Part shown: one piece after another, positions 28,608 through 34,343 of the stretch | How positions within the stretch are numbered: position 1 is the stretch's first letter | Layout of the letters: every line of letters begins with the position of its first letter | Origin: Savitreella phatthalungensis | Lineage: Eukaryota | Direction: 5' to 3' | NCBI GenBank assembly: GCA_051599415.1 | Contig: AP039712.1 | Span: 186,001-220,343, forward strand | DNA length: 34,343 nt | The notes under the pieces: model-generated | Database searches by the model: none | The model's input: only the letters and a program-made list of their open reading frames with translations | Told to the model about the DNA's origin: nothing | Translations under genes and position numbers: made by a program

Positions 28608-31600
28608 AGCACAAGTAAAGCCCAAGCAAAGTCCGATGTAAGCGGTAGTTCGGAACCCCTTATACGTACGCCCACCATATGATATAGATTTAGAGTAACG
28701 CACAGCTAGCTAATTACGAACAGATGTCCCCCAATACCATCGCGTCATGCATGACGTTGGCAATTTGAGTGAATCTGCGCAAGAGCAGCAGAGACGTGTA
28801 TTTGACGTGACGAGAAAGCTGTAGGTCCCCTCGGCGACTGGAAGGCGCAGCCCAAGGTGAGGAAAGCCAGGGGCAGCCCAAGATGAAGGCCAGGGGCAGC
28901 CCGTGGTGAAGACGATCGCGCTCAAGACCGGACTGGCGTCTTCTGAGAGATCGAGAGCGCTGCTCAGTCAGTCCTCCGCGGATCCACCCAGACAACGACG
29001 AGCGAGCAGGAGACAAGAGTCATCGTACGCGAGAGTCGATATTACCATAGATTCCGCGCGCGCGCGAGAGAGTGAGAGAGAGTAGAGAGAAAAGCACTCA
29101 TCCCCGCGTAGTAGGCAGCCGCGTGAATTGATACAACGACAAAGATGGCAATCCGATCGCATCACGTTTGAGCGACGGTCAAGACGGCAGAAGGAAGAGT
29201 ATTGGTCAACTGTGGAGAAAAATGCATCGCAAGAGAGGCAAATTCTACATCATCAAGTGCGAGGCACTGTAAGCCCGCGGGCGGAGTGTCATCGCACGGC
29301 TGAAGGTTATGTGAGACGGTGTGACGAGTATTTCTGGCGGCAAGAGGCATCCTTGTGTCATTTACTAGGGAATCTATTGCTCCAACATCTCGTGGCCTGC
29401 CACGTGCGTGTCATCCATGATCATAGAGATAGTAGAGCTAGCGTCAGTTCCCTTGAGGCATGGAGTGGGCAAGCAGCGAGATTCGTTCGTCCGGCATCCA
29501 CGTACGTACCTGTCCACAGCTATGTAATCAGTTGCAGCGCTCGACTCTGTCCTGCGGCCGGTAGCGTCCCAGATTTGTATCTTGTCGCCGAGCGCAGAGC
29601 GCAGACGATCTATCTATTCGTCCTCGTCCCGCTCCACTGCGCCCTCGACTGGTCACCCGAGGCCGGTGATCCGATCCGCTCGTGGGCCCACAGTGCTACG
29701 AGTACATCCGCGATTGATCACACAGGCGGCATCTGCGACAACCACCAAGCTCAATCGAATACACAATCGGCGACAGGCTGAATCGAGGTCGAGACGATGC
29801 ACCATGGGCAAAGGGATGCTCCAATTCTGACAAGATCCACCGAACACCGTGGGATGCATCAAGCACAACAGGACGCAGCAAGTGTGAAGGGCTGCGCCGA
29901 GAGAGATGGTTTTCATCAAGAGTGGGACGAAACACCAAAGCTGACAGGCTTTACCAAGAATCACGAGAAATTATCCGAAGTGATAGGATACTCCAGACCC
30001 GGTAGAAATCATCAAGTGTGATAGGATACAGCGAGAGGGGTGGGCAAGAGCAAGAATGATGGGATGCATTGAGCTTGATGGGAACTAAACAGAGTAATGA
30101 GGAGCACCACGATCGATACCAGTCACCAAGAGCGATGAGAGTTATCGAGATCGATCAGAGATGCTGGAAACGGTTGAATTGACTCAGCCTGATAAGAGAC
30201 CTCGAGAGGGATGAGATACAACGACCATCCCGGGAAGCACTTTCAGAGATCGGGTCGAGCACCGCTGGTAAGATTGACCAATTCGGGTACGGTGCGACGA
30301 TCTAACCATCGAGCGATCAATCGATCGTGCGATCCCGTCATCTGCAGACGGACAGTCCTGCCACTCGACCTTCTGCAGTCCGTCGACTCGTCTGTCTGCA
30401 AATCTACATTCCCTCCATCTGACCTTCAGCAGTGCTGCCGATCGGCATTTCGACCAATTTTGGTGGATAGCAACAGCGTCCCTCGACGTCACCACAGTGA
30501 GAGCATCTCAGCATCGCGAGAGTATCCCACCATCCACCGATCAGGCCCATCACCCAGTGGTCAAGCCCACCACCCACCGATTGACCTGACCAGAGCGAGA
30601 TACATTTTCACCTCCACTCCGTCATTCAGGCACAGCTCGATCCCAGTAAGCGCAATGATCCCTCATCCCACCGGTCAATCCCACCCTGAGCGAGGGATCT
30701 TTGCGCCATCAGTACGTCATTCAGGTCCTGCTCAAAGCCATTTGGCAGGGATGAATTCTCAGATCACCCGTCGATCCCAGCCAGCACGATGTGTGCTGCC
30801 CACCCGAGTCAATCCCGTCGCAGGAGGAGTATCGTCCCCACGCTGGCCAATCTGACTAAGAACAACGTATGTTGCCCACGCCCATCGATCATATCCAGGC
30901 CGGCGTGTGCGACCTTGCTAAGTCGGACCCACCCCCATCGGCATATCAGCGCCTCGCGGGACGATCCCAACTGAAGCGAGATTTATTATCCACAGCGACC
31001 CACCTCACCAGCAGTGGCGTAGCTTGTTCTCCGGGGTCGACTACATCGGCGTAACTCCAGGGCATCCAGAGTGGTACATCGAGCTTGTGCCCGTCAGCTC
31101 AGGCAGGACATTCAATCTCTCCCCCCACCTCTGAATCACGTCAGTCGCGATATATCTTGTACCCGCCAGTCAATCACCTAGATAATAGTTGATACCATCT
31201 CGAGTGATCAATTCCATCTCGATGGATTGCTCCCTGCTGGAGCGGTCCATCTTGTCTTCCCTGATAGTTGCCGTCAACTGGGGTGTATCAGACCACCGCC
31301 AGTCGACCTCAATCAAAGCAACGTCAACTCCCGTTGCCACCGAGAGTGCTGTGCAATGCACGTGCTAGCCGTCGACACGGATGGCCATGTTACTCACGTT
31401 ATGTCGCGCGATCAAACGACTAGGGTCGCAGACCAGGATGATGCGTGACGGAGCGAAGAAAGTGACGTGCGGACGCGATGCAATCTAAAGCATGTCAGAC
31501 CAGGGCAAGAAGACGAGTCGTCGCGACTCGAGCATCTCGTCAGGAGCGGAGAGGAGAAAGGATTGACGCGGCGCAATTGCTGGAGATCGCATCTACGTCG

Positions 31601-32839
31601 TGCCAAGGTGAATCTCGTACGACCGCGCACAAGGATCAACATCGGCATCCAAGGTGACGAGCGACCGCCTGCGACAGACGCGCAGTCCACAAAGACGCGC
31701 GACGACGTGGGAAGATCGGCACAGAAGGACTCAATCGCGTGCGTCATGAGCAGGGAGTAGTAAGTGTGTGACAGCTGGGGGAGAGTGGGCACACGAACGA
31801 GAATAGCTTGCGATCTCAAGGACAGAGACGTCAGCTAGACTGAGGGTCGAGAAGCGACCGATGAGGGCTATTCAGCGACAGTCCAGGAGCTCGATGAGGG
31901 TGTGCACGAGTGAGCTGAGCAGGCAGTGTGCGATGAGACGAGCCAGCCGGTGGCGCGACCATGATGGATAGACGACGTGCGCGAGCACGAGTGGTCATCA
32001 TCTCGATCAGCCACGCCGTGAAAGGATTCCGCGAGGGGCAGATCCCGTAAACGATGCCACCGTACAGGCGTCCACGAGCGACGGTGAGACGGACATCAGG
32101 AGACGCGAACGAGGGCGGAGACTTGACTATGTGACACGTAGCGGCGTCTAATGACGAGCTAAGCGTTGGCGATGAGTCAATTGACGCATGGAACCGGTTT
32201 AGACCCAACTATCATGGCAAGCAAACGTCGTGAACAGACTACACACATGCACACGAATGTTGAAGCCGTCGAGCCGGAGATGATGAGAGAGTCAATGACG
32301 TAGAGATAGCCCAAATGACAGATATGGCGGTGCGGTCGATAATATGAGGAAGTGCATGTGGTTGAGCGTCCCATTGCGAAGAATGAGATCGAATAAGTGA
32401 AGTAGATGCGATGCGGGTGATCGACGGGGCGAGAGAGTGGAGTTCAGAGAATCGAGGAAGGAGAATGATAACGGAAGAAGCGAGAAGCAGTCAGGGGCGC
32501 GTGCGTGCGGAGGAGTTGAACGAGGTGGCAGGCATGGAGCGGAGAGAAAAGAAGCAAGGGCCGATTTGCGATGGTGTGCGAGAGCCGCGGCGAAGTTGGC
32601 AAGAGAGCGGGGCGAGCGAGGATGAGAGTGCCGGATTGAGCGTGGCGTGACGTGAGGACGATGGAGCGATGAGAATAAGCAGCAGGAATGGGGTTAAGAA
32701 CAGGATTGCAAGGGGCGAGTGTCAGAGTCGTGAAGATGAGCAAAAGCATCAGGAGCAAGAACAAGGAGAGAAGTGTGAGAGGAAGAAAGTTGCGGCAGTA
32801 ATGGTCAGCAGCATGAAGGAAGCAGACAAGGATTGGAGT

Positions 32840-33093
32840 CCAGGTATGTTTGACAGGCATGACAATATAGCAAGGGGTCAAATGAACAAGAGCGAGAAAA
32901 TAGTTGGCGAAGGAGCAAAGGAAGCCAAGATCACAGTGACGACAGAAGAACGTAGATGAGAATAGAATCCAGGCAGCTTGACAGGCGTAGCGATATAGCA
33001 GGGATAGGAGTGAACAGAAGTCAGGAGAGGGTCAGCGAAAGAAGCGGAGTGGATTAGAGGCCCAGGTAGTTTGACAGGCGTTGCAATATAGCA
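32840..33093 (+). repeat. Three dispersed ~32-bp repeats, CCAGGYA..TTGACAGGCRT..CRATATAGCA
   Basis: Copies start at 32840, 32969 and 33062, separated by unrelated purine-rich spacers. Confidence 0.85.
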
Positions 33094-33099
33094 GGAGGA

Positions 33100-33832
33100 G
33101 ATGACAGGTGAACAGCAATTGGCAGATCGAGGGTTTGACAAATGGCAGGCCCCAGAGCAGGGCAGTGGGTCAGGTGACGGTGCAGGCAACAGCATTTGCC
33201 AGATGATGGTGCAGGTAATGGCATTTGACAGATGTGTTGCAGGTAAAGGCGGTTGACAGATGTGTTGCAGGTAAATGTGTTTGACAGGTGGCAGTGCGGG
33301 GAACAGCATTTGACAGGCAACATGCCGGTAACAGCGTGTGATAGGAGACATGCAGGTAATGGCATTTGGCATTTGGCAGGTGCAGTTGCAGATGAAACAG
33401 ATGGCAGGTTGGTTAACAGTAGGAATGTGAGGGGGCAAATGGCATGGGATGTCGCAGGCAACAGCACATGGCAGACAACGGTGCAGATAACAACATTTGA
33501 CAGAGACAGGGCAGTAACAGCATTTGACGGGATGACAGGGCAGGTAATGGGATTGATGAGTGGATTCAACAGTTGACAGGCGTTTTGGCAGGTAACAGCA
33601 TTTGACAGGCGGCAGGGCAGGTAACAGCATTTGACAGGTGGCAGGGCAGGTAACAGTGTTTGACAAGTGGCAGTGCAGGTAATGGCATTTGACAGGGGGC
33701 AGTTCAGGTAGCAGGATTTAGCAGGTGACATGCAGGTAACAGCATTTAGCAGGTGACGGTGCAGTTGCAGATGAAACAGATGGGGGGGAGCGGTTAACAG
33801 TCGGGATGTGAGGAGCAAATGGCATGGGATGT
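33100..33832 (+). repeat. Subtelomeric satellite with a ~29-bp unit (TTTGACAGGYGGCAGKGCAGGTAAYRGCA) and a 380-bp-offset higher-order duplication
   Basis: TTTGACA recurs at 33601, 33630, 33659 and 33688 (period 29) and at 28-29-bp spacing over 33224-33309. The block 33349-33452 is repeated at 33729-33832. Confidence 0.88.
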
Positions 33833-34098
33833 TTCAGGGAAACGGTAAACGGGGGGAAGAGTGTCAGATAGATGAGGGATTGAGAGCAGGAGTACAGCGG
33901 AGAGAGGAGCAGCAGAGAGGAGCAGCAAGATGATGATGATGTTGAAGACCAGCAGGTGCGTATGCGTGCAAACAAGTTTAGTGTAGCAAGGCAGCAGGCG
34001 TGAGCAAAGAAACAAGGTTAGCAAGCGAGCAAGCAAGCGAGCAAAGCGGAGCAAGGGTTGGGGCATTGGTTGGTTTGACGGTGGTTAGTTTTCGTGGG

Positions 34099-34160
34099 TC
34101 AGGGTCAGGGTCAGGGTGAGGGTGAGGGTGAGGGTGAGGGTCAGGGTCAGGGTCAGGGTC
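34099..34160 (+). repeat. Telomere variant repeats (TCAGGG)3(TGAGGG)4(TCAGGG)3TC
   Basis: Read directly. It is followed by (TA)4 and then the canonical tract. Confidence 0.95.
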
Positions 34161-34168
34161 TATATATA

Positions 34169-34286
34169 TTAGGGTTAGGGTTAGGGTTAGGGTTAGGGTT
34201 AGGGTTAGGGTTAGGGTTAGGGTTAGGGTTAGGGTTAGGGTTAGGGTTAGGGTTAGGGTTAGGGTTAGGGTTAGGGTTAGGGTTAG
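34169..34286 (+). repeat. Telomere (TTAGGG)n, 19 full units plus TTAG
   Basis: Perfect TTAGGG array with the G-strand running 5'->3' toward the contig end. Confidence 0.98.
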
Positions 34287-34343
34287 TTCTCGCAAAGGCA
34301 GAAAGTAGTCTTAACCTTAGCAATACGTAACTGAACGAAGTAG
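34287..34343 (-). other. Sequencing artefact: Oxford Nanopore native barcode (NB06/BC06) + TTAACCTT flank + ligation adapter
   Basis: TTCTCGCAAAGGCAGAAAGTAGTC (24 nt, barcode 06 as I recall it), then TTAACCTT (reverse complement of the AAGGTTAA flank), then AGCAATACGTAACTGAACGAAGTA (reverse complement of the adapter ...TACTTCGTTCAGTTACGTATTGCT). Confidence 0.95.

Larger units (their letters stand above)
28608..34098. other. Gene-free subtelomeric region
   Basis: No ORF with a recognisable domain between the ABC gene and the telomere. The + strand is strongly purine/G-rich in the distal ~2 kb. Confidence 0.7.

Noticed and set aside
29128..30855. ORFs 29128-29781 (217 aa) and 30211-30855 (214 aa)
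   Set aside because: No recognisable domains, the first lacks an ATG start, and their R/S/H/P-rich composition is typical of chance ORFs in GC-rich DNA.
32840..33093. Repeat-spacer-repeat layout as a CRISPR array
   Set aside because: Eukaryotic context, degenerate repeats, unequal spacers of 61-96 bp and no cas genes.
32878..33818. Overlapping Cys-rich minus-strand ORFs (262 and 254 aa; PVKCCY and LSNA repeats) as metallothionein-like proteins
   Set aside because: The 29-bp unit is not a multiple of 3, so the same peptides rotate through the frames. The open frames follow from the strand skew of the satellite.
33978..34330. (LT)n and (GL)n ORFs
   Set aside because: Translations of telomeric repeats running into adapter sequence.
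34287..34343. Unique sequence beyond the telomere as an interstitial telomere, fusion or telomere-targeted retroelement
   Set aside because: It matches an ONT native barcode, flank and adapter, so it is a technical artefact.

Overview
Right-hand chromosome end of a compact, apparently intron-poor ascomycete fungus (Taphrinomycotina-like; this is inferred from gene style and was not searched). Bases 1-28607 are gene-dense: two tandem AA9 LPMOs (the first is missing from the ORF track because it runs off the window), SmD1, a 4-TM protein, a GPI-anchored protein, Tma23, Ysh1/CPSF73, Rcd1/Caf40, an acyltransferase-3, Rrp43, an Ivy1-like I-BAR protein, a RhoGEF, an SDR, a secreted acid-sphingomyelinase-like phosphoesterase, a Gin4/Cdr2-family kinase and a PDR ABC transporter. 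About 5.5 kb with no recognisable gene follows. It ends in a structured TTGACAG-based subtelomeric repeat domain, a block of variant telomere repeats (TCAGGG)3(TGAGGG)4(TCAGGG)3, and about 19.7 TTAGGG units. The last 57 nt are an untrimmed Oxford Nanopore native barcode plus adapter, not genome. The best candidates for something new are a duplicated GPI-signal coding segment with mostly synonymous divergence, the AA9 pair with long loop insertions, and the layered subtelomeric repeats. No CRISPR, rRNA, tRNA or transposase is evident, and I cannot show a new multi-gene system from the sequence alone.
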